Positions 12,300 to 25,786 of a DNA stretch of 64,000 nucleotides are shown here, piece by piece (position 1 is the stretch's first letter; the number at the start of each line of letters is the position of its first letter). Source of the stretch: Camelus dromedarius (taxonomy: Eukaryota); NCBI RefSeq assembly GCF_036321535.1, contig NC_087436.1, positions 86,802,001 through 86,866,000 of the forward strand, written 5' to 3'. Position numbers and translations under genes: made by a program. Below the pieces are notes generated by a model that saw nothing but the letters and a program-made list of their open reading frames with translations, made no database searches and was not told the origin of the DNA.

Positions 12300-12760
12300 A
12301 TTCTATTGACTCTTCCTTGACTCTGTTCACCTCCCCAAATCACCTTGGCGGTATTTGGGATTCCCAAACCCCTGTGGTCACACTTGCACAGGAAAATCTC
12401 TTGAGTTACATTTCCAGATGATGATCTGATCCATTATGTTACACAGCTTCTTGCCTTACTCTCCTCTTTTGGGGGCACTGGAGTGTCAGTTCCATATAAT
12501 CACCATCAGTTTCTCTTTTCCAAAGTAGTATAATGAGTTCTTTCAACCATTTGTGAAAAGACAAGCCCTTCCCACCTTTAACCATCACATTTTTTTCTAG
12601 TTCTGAGCCACTGACAAAGCTCTACTTTGTTAATGTCCGTCCTAAAATGTGATGTCCAGAGCTGAATAAAGATGTTGTCTTGCCTCTTTTCGGACACCAT
12701 ACTTCTCTTAATGAAGCCCCAGGTGAAAGTTGTGATTTTTGCTCCCCACCAATGCCACAC
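12300..12760 (-). mobile_element. CR1/L3 LINE relic
   Basis: ORF 12578..12760(-) WGFIKRSMVS...IQLWTSHFRTDINKVE resembles the CR1 ORF2 motif LGCIKRS...VQFWAPHFKKDIDKLE. Confidence 0.7.
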
Positions 12761-13127
12761 CCACTATCATTTTTGCTTTACAGTTTAGCAGTACTGGCTT
12801 TGAAAAGCAGCAATAAATCAAAAAACACTCTAAAATTTTATTTGATATATACGTTTTTCAACATTGAGAGTAATCTGCTTCCTATTATTGGTACTTGAGT
12901 TCATCTAGTTTTGGCTGAATAACAGCTGTGTTCTGATCACATTTATATCTTTTGCCTTCATTATGGAGAATTTTGGGGGGGATTAAGGGGAACATGTGTG
13001 TGTATATGTGTGTGTGAGAAGTGGGTGTGGAGATTGTTAAACTTTGCAAAACAGATAGGTTAAAACCTAATAAGCCCAATGTCCCATTTGATATGTGGTA
13101 AGTGTAAAAGATAAGAAAATCTTCTAC

Positions 13128-14395
13128 CTTCATGCTTTACCCATCAACTCAAATTGCTGTTCCTCCCTACTCCCCATTCCCCAGCAGGAACTTCTGTAGA
13201 TCCAGGTCTTTGTTATTTTTGCTTGAAAGTTTCTCATTGGATTGTTCTTATTGCCTCTCATACACCCCTGTCTTTATGTGTTAGCTTTTGCCACAGTTTG
13301 GGGAATGGGGGAGGGAATTGTCTTTTATTGAATAGCTACTTTGTCTCAGGTAGTATAACACATTTTACATAGTTTGTTTCATTTAATCCTCCCAGTAGTC
13401 TTGTGAATTTGGTACTCCCCCCACCCCACCCATTTACAGACAGGGAAAACTGATACTCAAGGTTAAGTTTCTTTTACAGGATTACTGTGCCAGTTGTTAA
13501 GTCATTGTCTCAGATCTAAATCCACCCTTGTGCTCCGTGATGCTGGGGCTGGGACCCTGCAGACCACCTTTCTGCCCTTTCAGCAGGCTCCCTGGTAGGG
13601 TATGCTGATAAGGGGTGCCATACGGAAACTGCAGGGCTGGAAGTGGGGAAATCCACTTCCTGTCTGCCTTCCTGTCTGCCTCCTGTGAACTTGGCTTCTG
13701 CTTCTGAGGGTCATGCCAGCAGACAGGTCCTTCCTGTGGCAGCAGCTGAATCCGGTTTGTGGTTCTCGCAATACTCACAGAACCAGCCTCACTGCACCCC
13801 CTCCTCAGAGGTGCCAGCCTAGCTAGTAGCACTTCATTCTCAGAGGTGTAATTCTAACCTCTTCCCTTTGTTTCCCCCACCCTACCGGTGATAGCTGCTT
13901 CCAGCAGTTGCTACCTGCATGATACCTTGGAGGTTTCTTCTTATCTTTCAGTTACCCAGTTAACAATTCTGCAGATTAAATTTTCTCTGCTCAAATAACC
14001 GGTGTGTTTTCTGCCCTCTGCATGGGCCCTGATGGATCCAGACATACAGCAAGTAAGCCAGGATACAATCCAGGTCTGTCTGATGTCTGTATTAGGCCCC
14101 TTTCTAGTTCGAGGAATCAAACCACTAGGGGTGGGAGGAGCAGCTACAGAGCTACAAACACAGATATGAATGGACCATTCCCCTGTCTAAAACCCTCTGA
14201 GGGTTCCCCATTGCCTCAAGATGATGTCCAAACTCCTTAGCATGCTATTTATCTAGATCTTTCTGACTTGTAGCTTCATGCTTCACCCATCAACTCAGAT
14301 TGCTCTTCCTCCCTACTCCCCATTCCCCAGCAGGAACTTCTGTAGATCCAGGTCTTTGTTATTTTTGCCTGAAATTTTCTCATTGGATTGTTCTT
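13128..14395 (+). repeat. 122-bp dispersed direct repeat (13128-13249 and 14274-14395)
   Basis: Direct comparison gives 5 mismatches and no indels. Also visible as near-identical ORFs at 13154 and 14300. Confidence 0.97.
13500..14040 (+). mobile_element. ERVL-class solo LTR (LTR33/LTR41-like)
   Basis: gctgcttccagcagttgcta...attaaattttctctgctcaaataaccggtgtgttttctg...ccctgatggatcca resembles that LTR's 3' end. Confidence 0.55.
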
Positions 14396-14539
14396 CCACA
14401 TCCACTCCAACCTTCTCTATTTGTGCTTCTGGAGGCTAACCATTATGTTCTGCCTCAGCAGTCTTTTCTATCCTTGGCCTCTCAGTTGGGTTTGGTCAAT
14501 GGGAGGCATGAGTGGATAGAGAGAGAGATAGAAAATATC

Positions 14540-15797
14540 ACATTAGGAATTCAAGCAGGGAAAATTTAAAAAATATTTATTAGTTAATATAAAATTGTAT
14601 AATAAACCTATTACACGTTAACATGAATAACTTTTTGGACAAATAACTGTATTTTCTCAAACAAAATTATGTAGTGAAAAAAGTGGCACCATTTTACATT
14701 TTTGCACATCTCTAATGTCTGGTTTAATAGAAGACAGCTGTATTCTCATATCTGCTTTTTCATTCAGTCTGTTGTGATATATTATTTTGAATAAAGTATA
14801 TAAAGAAAAGCTGGCCTTACAAAGATATGTAGTTGAAAAAGGGAGAAGTATTTTAATAACTATTCAGAAAATTACAGATATTCTTTGATACTACACCAAT
14901 TTTACGAGAGGTAATTTCTTATGGGTTAATTACAGTGTGGAATATGAAACCATATCATTGAAATTCCCATTGAATAGGTTACATTAAAACCTATTGGTCT
15001 CTCTTTTACTTTGAGTGGATCTTTTACACACATGTTATTTTATAGTATTGTACATTAGTCATTTGGACAATATTGTTTCTCTGAATTATGCAGATTTCCC
15101 AAATGTTGACACTATATATTATACAATATAACAAAACCACATTTGTTGATATCCCCATTGATTTTATTTGAAAATTTTTACATAATACTAATATAAAGAT
15201 ATAGGGGCAGATACAAATGTTCTAAAATTATAATTTCAAATGAAAACTTGAGTTTTGTTATTGACAATACAAACTGTTAGTGGTTTCCTTGAAGTGAGTG
15301 ACAGGCTCACTTCATTCTTTTTTTTGGAAAAAAGTATGAAGAACCATAGTTTTTCAGTTATCTTTTCCAGGAAAAATTTTATGCCATTAAAACAGTGTGA
15401 GCAGCAGTTCATATCTCAATCACACCAGTGCTTTTTCCTCAAGACAACTGTAGTACTTTGGTACCCGAAGTGCTTTTTGTATATTTCCCATTTCTTTACA
15501 CCAAATATCGATGTTTTTTGAAGGGCTGAGAGTTGATAAAATTAGTAACATTTTCATTTGCATCATGGTCATTCTGAAGTGAAACTGACTGCTTGTATTA
15601 ACTTGGTGCCACTGCTTTGATTGGTGCTAAGGTGCCAGCACTTTTACCCACCCCTGTTTTTGTACAATCAGCGCAAATACAGGACAATAACAGAATCAAG
15701 TAGCATCTTTGTATTAAGAAAATGGTTCTGACTTTTCTGACTGCCTGAAAGTGCCTCAAGGACCCAGGGGTCCATGGAACACCTTTGAGAACCATTG
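14540..15797. mobile_element. hAT-Charlie1a-like DNA transposon, one end missing
   Basis: aatagaagacagctgtattctcatatctgctt; terminal inverted repeat (TIR) end tttgagaaccattg at 15797. Homologous to 54760-55263. Confidence 0.85.
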
Positions 15798-16689
15798 TTT
15801 AAAAGAGTGTTGTATTCTTTGAGGTACAACATTAGCATAGTTTCCTGGAGATCATTGGAATCAACAGAAGAGGGGAAAGCTTGCTGAAATTTTCTCTATA
15901 TATTATCCAGATTTAGAGGTAATAGAAAATTGTTTTCATTAATTTTAAAGATATTTATGAAGTTGCATACTATATAATTAGGTCCTTGTAGGGGATAGGA
16001 AATATAAAAAATAGTGTCTTGTTTTCAAATGATCAAATTAATTAACTTTTCTGAATCTGTTTCTCTGCCTTCAAAAGGAGTATTCTGTTATCTGCTAACT
16101 TGACTATTAGATGAAATGATTTATATGAAACATAATGTTTATGAAATTCAAGGTGTTCTGTAAAAGATGGGTATCATGTGATAAAATTATTTATTGTCTC
16201 CTGGGCAGATAAAACACATTATAAAAATAATGACCAGTGGTCATACAATTGCATAGGAAGAGTATTCTACCAGGTGAAGGGGTGGAATACACTGTCTGTA
16301 GGATTGTTCCCTGATCATCTTAGTTGGGAAACATGTAACTGGGGTAATGATTTCCAGAAGTGGAAAATAGATTGGTGATTTAGTTACCTAGTGATTATGA
16401 TGGCGCCTAAGTAGTGAATTTCTAAATGAAATATAATGTAAGGTTGATCATCCAGGAAAAGAAGGTAGAATGAGTGAGAAGAGGGCTGAAGGCAGAGCTG
16501 TAAGGAATGCATCCATTTAGGGGTGTGAAGAAGAGAATCTGAAGAGGCAGAAATCCTTTTTATTGAATTAGTACTTAATAATGCCTGAAAGTCTTAATGT
16601 CACTAAACAAATATTTCTTTCTTATACTGCATCGCCTAAAATAGAACTTGAGTTGCCTCTGTTTCTCTGTTTCCTCATCTGCAAAATGG

Positions 16690-16792
16690 TTTTGTTTCTT
16701 TTTCTTTTTTTAATGGAGGTACTGGTAATTGGACCCAGGACCTTGAGCATGCTAAGCCTGCCCTCTACTACTGAGCTCTACCCTCCCCCCTA
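16690..16792 (-). mobile_element. Short tRNA-derived SINE (camelid vic-1-like) inserted in a MIR
   Basis: Minus strand reads gggagggtagagctcagtagtagag (A box)...ggtccaattacc (B box) then an A-rich tail. TSD tcatctg(c/t)aaaatgg at 16675-16689 and 16793-16807. Confidence 0.85.
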
Positions 16793-17499
16793 TCATCTGT
16801 AAAATGGAAATGTGAATTTCTAATCTCCCTTCTTCAAGCATCTGCCCTCTGGCTCTATATTTTAGACTTTAATTGGTGCATCTTTTTCTTCTTTTTTCCC
16901 CCTCCTCCTCTTCCTCTTATGAATCTTTCTATTTTCTCAATGGAAGGAATCCTCAGCATATGAGAATATGGGTGGGAGGTTAAAAACTCTAAGAGAAGAT
17001 CCATGGCTGTGGGGTGGGAGTTACTTTACTTGGAGGCTCCCGTTTCCAAACCAGAGTGGACCCACCATGGAAAGGCTCCTTACCTGGCAGGCTAGTAATC
17101 TGCTTCCTGGATAACAGGGATAATTGGCTCCTTTCCATGCTCTCTGCTGAGTTTATAAACATTGATGCAGTGTTTAAGTTAGTCTCTGGAAGGCTGCATT
17201 TCCAAAGAAAGCCAAGTCGTAAATGTTTCTGGTGGTTTTGTATTTCACTATTTTGTATAAATTTCAGGGAGAGCTGTTTATTTTCTGTTTGTGACCCCTG
17301 GTCCTGCAGCAGTTATCCTTTATTCCATACTATCCTGAAGACATATCTTGCAATAGGATTTCTCAATTTTGGACCCATTTGATTGAATTGATTCATATAA
17401 TTAAAATGCTCTTTTCACATTAGTTTCTTATTCTATCTTTGCAATACTGTACAGCTCAAAAATTTGTGTAACAAGAAACATGTATTATTTAAAGGATAT

Positions 17500-17810
17500 C
17501 CCAGAAAACCTTCTTCAGTATTTATAGTGTTATAAAAATGGACATCGATTCCCAGCTGGGTTTTATTCGAGTTTCGCTATACAGATGGCTGTATATACTG
17601 CCCTTCAAATCCCTACGGGAGAAGATTTATAATGTCTTCCCTCTTTCCCCTTTAATAACTTGTTTCAATGTCTAATATTCATCATGACTGTAGAATTTTT
17701 TTCTCATGTCTGACTTAAATCTCTCCACCTGCATGTGAACCATATTTCTTTGTCCTTTGACCTCAATAGAGGTGGGAAGCCAGCAGTTATTATTACTCTT
17801 AGATTTCTTT
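17500..17810 (-). mobile_element. CR1/L3 3' relic
   Basis: The minus-strand peptide MQVERFKSDMRKKFYS resembles the CR1 motif RFRLDIRKNFF. Confidence 0.6.
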
Positions 17811-18329
17811 CTCTGTTGAAAGACAATGCTTCCTCCATTGTACAAGTCAGTGATAGCAACAGACTCAAATTTTCCAGAGAAAAATACATGTCTGTTTATT
17901 TTATGTGAGACAGGCATTATTATATTTCAGAGCCAAGAGACTGTTTAAAAAGCAATACTGGTATATGCTTCTAGAAAATTCATATCATAACATTAGTAAA
18001 ATTAAAAGTAAATGTCCACCCCCTCCCTATTGTCTTACTCTTCAGTTTGTTCCTGAATTAGTATCTTGCCTTCCAAGCCTTTTCCTGTGTAATTAGGTAG
18101 GAAACTAAATAAGCAAGTAAACAAATAATGAGAAAAATAAAATAAAGAAGAGTACTAAGAGTATGGCAAAGTGGTTTCCATTGTGACTTTTTCTCTCTCC
18201 TCTCCATTATTAGGGCTTTGGCTACCCACCGTACAATACCAGAAAAGAAACTTTATAAAATTGTACCTCATTTAAAACATTGTATGTATATTTTTAAAGT
18301 TACATCAAATTTGGTCAAATTTTAAATGT

Positions 18330-18870
18330 GTGGATAATAATGATACAACCATGGAAAACTGTTGATAGTATCAAGCTAAGCTTAGTATACACCGACCCAG
18401 TAGTTTCACACCTGGGCATATCGAAATGAGTCTACCAAAAGGCATTTGTATTAGAATGTTCAGAGCATCATTATTTATAATGGTCCTGAACTGTAAAACC
18501 TAAATATTCTTCACAGTAGAATGGATAGAAAAACTATTATAGTCATTTAGCACAATAAAACACAGTTAGAAAAAAAGAATTTGAGATTTTGGATGATGTT
18601 GAACTAAATCTAGACACAAAGTAGTATATACATATAATTCCATTTATATGAAGTTCAAAAAAGCAGACAAAAAGCAAGCTGTGTTAAGAGAGTTAAAAGT
18701 AATGGTTTGCCGTGGGATTATTGACTAGATAAGTATTGAGGGAATCTTCTAGAGCACTGGACATATTCCATACCTTGATCTGGGTGCCGGTTACATGGAT
18801 AGACATATGTGTAAAAATAAACTGAACTGCTCATGTAAGATGTGTATGCTCTGCTTTCTGTTATACCCCT
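18330..18870 (+). mobile_element. Old L1M (L1MC/ME) 3' end
   Basis: gacccagtagtttcacacctgggc...aattccatttatatgaagttcaaaa...cttgatctgggtg. Confidence 0.8.
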
Positions 18871-19264
18871 CACTTTCCACCTCCATTATCCCTGAGTCTT
18901 CTGAGTCGGAATTGCTTGTATCTTCTGGGCAGGTGGTCCCTCTTTGCTTCAGTGCCTTGTCACATATCCTAGGCAGTCTTTGGTGGGGGAAGGGGAGGAG
19001 GATTATTTTTATTGTTTTGCTCCATGATTTTGTACTCTTCTCTTCTTCTGTCACCTTCCAGGAATTTTTACTTCAATTTAAAAAATTATTTTAGTGCATA
19101 CCATAGTATTACTATATGTGAAAAAGCCAGAATTCTATTATTTCTATTATTTCTCAGTTTCCTAGTATAACTAAGTAGAGTTATATCTTGCAATTGAAAA
19201 TTTTATTCAGGCTATATTCTAATATGCATGAATTTATAGCTGTATATCTTTTTAATAACTGAGG

Positions 19265-19430
19265 AAATTTGAGTACAGGCTTTCTTTTTGGGATGATGAA
19301 AATGTTCTGAAATTATACAGTGGTGATGATTGTATACCTCTGTGAATATACTAAAAACCAGTGAATTGTGCATTTTAAGGGTAAATTTTATGACATGTGA
19401 GTTATATCTCAATAAAGCTCAATAAAAAAG
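19265..19430 (+). mobile_element. L1MB-type 3' end
   Basis: gggatgatgaaaatgttctgaaatta...gtgaatatactaaaaaccagtgaattg...tatctcaataaagct. Confidence 0.85.
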
Positions 19431-19439
19431 AAGCTCTTA

Positions 19440-20720
19440 GAAATAGGGATATTATTGTAAAACTAAAATTCAACCAAAGTTTAAAGGTAAATCAAGAAAA
19501 TCCCCTAAAACGTAGAAAGAATAGAACATTGAAAATATGATACAAAAGGAAAGAGCTATGGAGAACCAATTCAGAGGTCCAAGAACTAAAAGAAATTGCA
19601 GAAAGAGTGAGTAAGCAGAGGACAGGAAATTAGCAAACAAGGAATGGGAGACTTTCCCAGATGTGAAGGAAGACGTATCAAACAGAATAGGCTTAGCTGA
19701 GAAGCAAGTGAAAAGAATAAGAAACCTCTAAGCCAGACACAATCGCTGTGACTCCTCAGAGTACAAGAGAATGAGAAGATCTAAGGGCCCTAAGATGAAA
19801 GAAAAGAAGCTCATCTACAAAGCAACGAGAGTGAGATGAGCACACGTTTCTTATCAGCAACCCGGAGCCAGAAGATGAGGAAGCAATGCATTATTTTCAG
19901 TGTAGACTTGTAGACCCAGAGAAACTATTATTCAACTTTGAGGGCAAGAAAAAGCCTTTCCAGAGATAAAAGAACTTTGCTTTCCACACACCTTTTCTGA
20001 ATAAGTTACTTGAGAGTATCCAGCAAAACAAGACAGCACCACAAAATAGCAAAATTAGGGATTTAATGAAACAGTGTCCCACTAGAGTAGAGCCATAAGA
20101 GAAGTTCCAGATTGCTATGCAGGAAGGCCTGGAGAACAGCCTGCCCATGATGGAACTGGAGAATGAAAGGGTTTGGTAGTAAAGTATTCAGGAGGGGAAA
20201 AAAAACCCAAAACCCATGAATCAACTGCACCTCAATTAAAAAAAAAAAACAAAACAGACTTCAAAGATAAGACTATATTTGAAATTAGGAGACTTTAAAG
20301 CTTTGATTAAGGCAAAGAATGCTCTCCCTCCTCCCTCCTCCCAAAAAGCCCGTCAAGCATTCTAGGACCAAAGTGTGTTATACGCATAAGGCGATGTAAT
20401 CATAACCCGTAATTTAGCTCTGCATTAATAGTCATATAATTCGTGATGATGCAAACACCATTCACTTTTTGAATCAAACTGTAGAAAAAGTATATAAGAC
20501 TAAATTATGGTTACAGAACAAAATACAAAATCTTTGCCAGGTGAAAATTAAAGTACAGATGATCTGAAAAATGAAAGGGGGAAACAAGAAGTAGAGGGAA
20601 GGGAAAGGAGGTTAATATCCTCTGCTCAGAAGACAAAAAGCCATAGGATACCATCTCTAGTTGACAGAACAAAAAAGAAAGTTTACGTATTTCATGTGAG
20701 TTACAAAGATAACCAGCAGA
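19440..20720 (+). mobile_element. HAL1/old L1 ORF1-type relic
   Basis: A-rich degraded ORF1-like sequence (catctacaaagcaacgagagtgaga...gccagaagatgagg...ccttttctgaataagttacttgag). Carries a tiny younger L1 tip near 20215-20250 (tcaactgcacctcaattaaaaa). Confidence 0.6.
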
Positions 20721-23700
20721 TGGGGAGGAAAAGTGTTTGAAATGTTCTGTCTGCCTATGGACTATCTCACAATCTCTGTTGTTGTATGTTCCTGTCCATT
20801 TTTATTCCCTTCTGTCATCCTGATGGAACAAGAAGAGGATGTAAATCTCTGTGCTCACTCTACCCTCTGAACCTTTTGTACATTATTTACGAAACTCCAA
20901 AACCATCTTTTGTACCCAAGATTTTGGCTCTCTTATGTCTCTTATGTCCCCTGTGAATTCATATTTGACGTTTTCTCTGATAGTGCTGCCCACCAACCAA
21001 TAGTCTACTTTTAATAGAGTTGCCGCCTTTGTCTATGTGTTAGTAGGAGTGCTTTTGCTGTGCTTTATATGCATTCCTGGAAAACTTGTTTTGCAAAATC
21101 ACATACTAGTTATCAGGGCTCATGATAAAAAAAAGTATTACCAGAGACCCATTCAAAAATCTCTACAAATTTGCAATACAGCACTAATGAAAACAATAAA
21201 AATCTTGATAAAAATACTTGCACAGTTAAAAAGAGAGGCCAAATTCCTATAAATAAAGAAGTGTTATAGCATATATAGGACTGAAGGTAGCTTCCTGGAA
21301 GGGGATCTAAAGAGGAGTTGAGGCTGTTTTGTTTTGGAGGCAAAGGCAAAGTGCACTAAAGGTCAGAGAGAACCAAACTGGAAGCACTTTCAAGAGGACA
21401 CGTGGCCACGTAGAGCCACGAGGAAGAACAGGGATGCATGGGCACTGTATGCTGTGCTCAGTTCTGCTGGCTTGCAGTGTTCAGCTGTGTTTGTTTACTT
21501 TGTGTTCAATGGCTGTTATTTGGTGACATGAAATGTTAAAAGAACAACAACAAAAAAAAGACAAATGAAAAGATGTGATTTTTGTGTAATATAAAAATTA
21601 TTCCTGTTTACCAATTGTGTGTGAGCTAATAAACCAGAGTCCTAGCAGAACATATTATATTTAAATATTTTAAAATCCTTTGCCTTTATTATATTAGAAA
21701 AATGGTTAAAAAGGAGACATGAAATGCTGATATTTGATTTCTGGGGATATAAGTCTTAAAACATAACTTTGTTTATTCAGATTTTACACACTGGGTTTTC
21801 ATGGCAATGATGAACAAAAAAACATACAATGACAGTATTATTACTTCTTATAGCAAGAATTTAAAAAAAAACATTTACTAGCTAAATATTCCATTTTAGA
21901 CAAAAATATCTGGTGGTGGTTGCTTTCTACCAGTTAAGACACAATTTAGGGATTAAATAAAACCTCACAATGACAGAATCCTCTTTATTTTAAAAACATT
22001 AACCAAGAACCATATGTGGAAGTATTTTAAATATATCTTACCAAGCCACAAAACAGGTTCAGAAAGTTATGATGTCTAATGTATGTAGTAAATGGAAAAA
22101 TAGGCTCCATAATGCATTTGAATACAATTGAATTCAATATTGTAAGGATCACAGACAGTATTAAGATGCTAAATCCTTTTATTTTCCAAATACATCCCTT
22201 TTCTCCCAAGAGATAATTCTATTTTAATAAGAGTTTTAATATATACATAGAATTGATGATTGATAAAGCTTTGGGTTTTCTTCTTAACTAAATTAAAATC
22301 AGAAGCCTGTTTCTCTTTCTTCAAAACTATGAAAAAAGAAAAGAAAGCCTAGTAGATTTTTTTACTTGAAAGCCATTTTTCAAATTTCAAAATTGTCATG
22401 TTTCAAAGAGTTGATATTATGCAGTCTTGACATAAAATAACCCTTGTTTTTTATGGCTTAAAAAAAAAGTATTGCAAAGCTTTCTGAGTTGACATTTTAA
22501 AAATCACCATGTAAATCTGCCTGACAAGTTTTTTTTTTTTTGTAACGTGAGATATGAATGAATGTGCCGTCTATTACTTTTTCAACACCTGGTTCTAGTT
22601 GCTTGCAGTTTTAGCTAATATGAACTGAGAAGTTTTCTCAAGTTGTTAGTCTCACTATAGCATTTTTAGTGGTTGATTAGTTGATTTTGACTTTCTTTAT
22701 GCAAGGTTGTGATTAAATTTATATTTTAAAAAAGTCACTAGGCTATATTTCAAAGAATTTGTATGAAGTACTCTTTTAATAAATTCCAATTAGCATGTTA
22801 TGGATTTTTACTAACACCCCCCCCTGCTTTCATGACATATCTAAGGAAACATTACTGTGTGTAAGAAAAAGTTAATACAGAAGAGAGTAAAATGGAGCAG
22901 CAGGAGTGAATAATTGCTAATTCACAATAGTGTTCTGTTGTCATTTCCTGTTATGAAATATATCCATTTGGTCCTTTGGATCTCATGCCTTATGTGGGAA
23001 GGTGGTGTTATGTAAATATGGTCATTGAGTCCAAGTCTGAGCTAGGAAAATACTAACTGCATAAAAAGTTTAAGTATGTTTTTGACTTGAAGACACTCTT
23101 ATCTTTAAATTGAACATATGGTTATTGTAATAGAAATCTAAGTAGACCTAATGACTTTCTATGATGATTTCCATTTCTTGAGGTCTCTCCAAAAGAGAGT
23201 TATATTATGAATGGATTATGTGTATTCTCAGCCTTTTTAATTCTTTCATCGTCAGTCCAGGAGACAGGGTTGGAGAGGTAGGCAGTTACGTATCACATAG
23301 AGCCTTTTACAGTTTCAAGACATTTTATTTCCTTAGTACTGCTTATTACAGTAGTGATTAAGTAATTGTTTGTATAATTGTTTTATGACTCTCTCTTCAT
23401 AGACAAAGCTCTATGTGTCCAAGGATCACACTGCAATCACCTGCAGTACGATGTGTTAACAAATAAATGGAGCTCACAGCAGTGTTAGATTTGATCCTAT
23501 TTCATGTGAAAATTTGTTTCCATGTATTTAATGTTAACATTTAATGTGTCAGAAGATGTTATTGTATAAAAATGTTAATCATATGCATAAAAGATCCCCC
23601 CATTCCTTAAGAAGGGAATGACATGTAATGGGCTGAATAATTAGGAGAGCACCCAGGAGTCATTTGTCTTCTTTATTTGCTGGCCAAGAGGACAGAGATT

Positions 23701-23789
23701 TTTGTCTGATTTGTTCACAGGTTTATTCTTAGCAATAAGGACAGTCTCTAGCACAGAAATATATGTTGAACCAATGTATTAATAAAAGA

Positions 23790-24347
23790 TAATGAGACTC
23801 ACAACTCAATAATAAGAAAATAAACAACCTAATAAAAATGAGAAAAACAATCTGAATGGACACTTCACCAAAAAAGATATAGGGTGACAAATAAGCACAT
23901 GAAAAGATGACTAACATTATTAATCATTAGAAAAATACAAATTGAAACCACAATGAGATGTTTCTAGATAACTATTAGAATGGCTAAAACCAAAATAACT
24001 GGCAATACCAAGTGCTAGTGAGGATGTGAGGCAAAAGAACTCTCATCTGTTGCTGGTGGGACAGCTCACTTTGGAAATTAGTTTGTCAGTTTCCTATAAA
24101 GTTAAACATACACTTAGCATATGACCCAGCAACCCTAGAAATTTATTTAAGAAAAATGAAACCATATGTCCACAGACACATATATACATAAAAACTCATG
24201 CAAGGATGTCTGTGAAGGTTTTATTCATAATTTCTAAAAATTGGAAGCAAGCCAAACCATTATTAACTGGTAAATGGATAAATAAATGGCTAAATAAACT
24301 ATGGCACATTCATACAATAGGTTATTACTCAGCAAGAAAAAGAAGCA
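23790..24347 (+). mobile_element. Old L1M 3' region, left half; interrupted by the full-length L1 and resumes at 31094-31460
   Basis: ggacacttcaccaaaaaagata...atatgacccagcaac...ttactcagcaa continues after the insertion as ctactaatacaagtggcaacatg. Confidence 0.85.
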
Positions 24348-25786
24348 GGTTGGAGGGGTTGCCAAGATGGCAGTGTAGCTCTTAGCTCTTAGCTCACTCT
24401 CTCCCATGAATACACCAAGAGAGACATCCATGGACCCACCCATTCACTCAGAGCACCTGCTGAACTTTGACAGAACATCACTCACTTCAAAAGACAAAAT
24501 TCCTTCCAAAATCTGGTAGGAGAAAAAAAAAAAGATGAAAAAGGAAATTGGTGGGGGGCCTGTCTTGTGGGGAGGGAGTGGCAAAGGAGTAATCGTGCTC
24601 TTACACTGGGACACCCCCTTTCCAACAGAGAGGTCAGCAGGGATGGAGGGGGGAACCTCTGAGGGTCGGAGTGCACAGCAGCCACTTGGCCAAAAGAACT
24701 GAGAGAAACTGGCACAAAGGGTCCCTGCGATCACCAGCTCTAGATGTGAGCCAGCAAGGGTGGCCCAGGACTGGTTGCTCAAGCCGGTTAGAGGCCCAGG
24801 GCTGACTGCGTGGAGGCAGCCTCAGGGGGCAGGAATGTGGTGTGGGCTGTGGGTAGGAGTTTATACAGAACAGCATAGCCTGGGCCCCCTATAAATAAAG
24901 CAATACTGCTGATGCATGTTGAGGGGAGGGGAGCAATGCAGCTGGGCCATAGCCACTGTGTTCTTGTGAGAAGAGAGGCAAGGTTCAGCCATAGCCACCA
25001 TATTCACTGGTGCGTGGCTCCCAGGCAGAGGGGAGTTAAAACCTGAATCCATATGCAGGGCCTCTGCAACATCATAGGCAGGACTGAAATTTGTTTACAG
25101 CCCAGGCAGAGGGGATCAATTTGCTCTGAAGGTGCCTTTGTGGACCTGTGCCTCTAAGACAAATGAGCAAGGAATGGTGTCTGGCACACAGCAGGGGCAA
25201 GTGCAAGTGCAGAGTTTTCAGAGGATCTGTGTACCCTATACAGAAGCAGCGCTGGGGATGGCTTTGACCCAGTAGCACACCATGCTCCAGATGTGTGACC
25301 CAGATGTTGGTGGATCTACACTTGCACCTCTGAGGGCAGAGAACCTGGGGGACACCAGAGCAGAATAGTGACACTCCCATGGCTAAAGCAGGGACAAGAG
25401 CAGCATCAACAAAGAGTACTTGAAGTGCTCCAACCGTGCTTACTGTGCACCACAGCTCAGAAACAAGTCTGGAAGCTTCCATTACAACTAAAGGGGGACA
25501 GGCCCAGCCCCTGTCAGGGCTGTGACAACCACAGAATGAAAAGGAGGCCCTGCTCATTAACCAGGACAGGCTCTGATCACCAGAACACTCGCCACACCCC
25601 CAATCAAAGAGATAACAGCCAACACACACCATTCATACTAACAACAGACCTCTCAGCAAAATTATTAGAGGCACACAGTCTGCACAGGAAGGCATCCTCT
25701 GTTAAAAAAAAAAAAAAAAAAAGCCCTTCAAGACCACAAGATAACTGATACTCCATAATCGGTAGTGCCAGAGAGATATTAGTAAA

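Noticed and set aside
13154..14569. Two paralogous small proteins starting MLFLPTPHSPAG
   Set aside because: They are a by-product of the 122-bp DNA duplication in an L2-like relic, with TTG starts.
16712..16790. tRNA gene (also 35000-35075)
   Set aside because: An A-rich tail and TSD, with a degenerate acceptor stem, indicate SINE copies.
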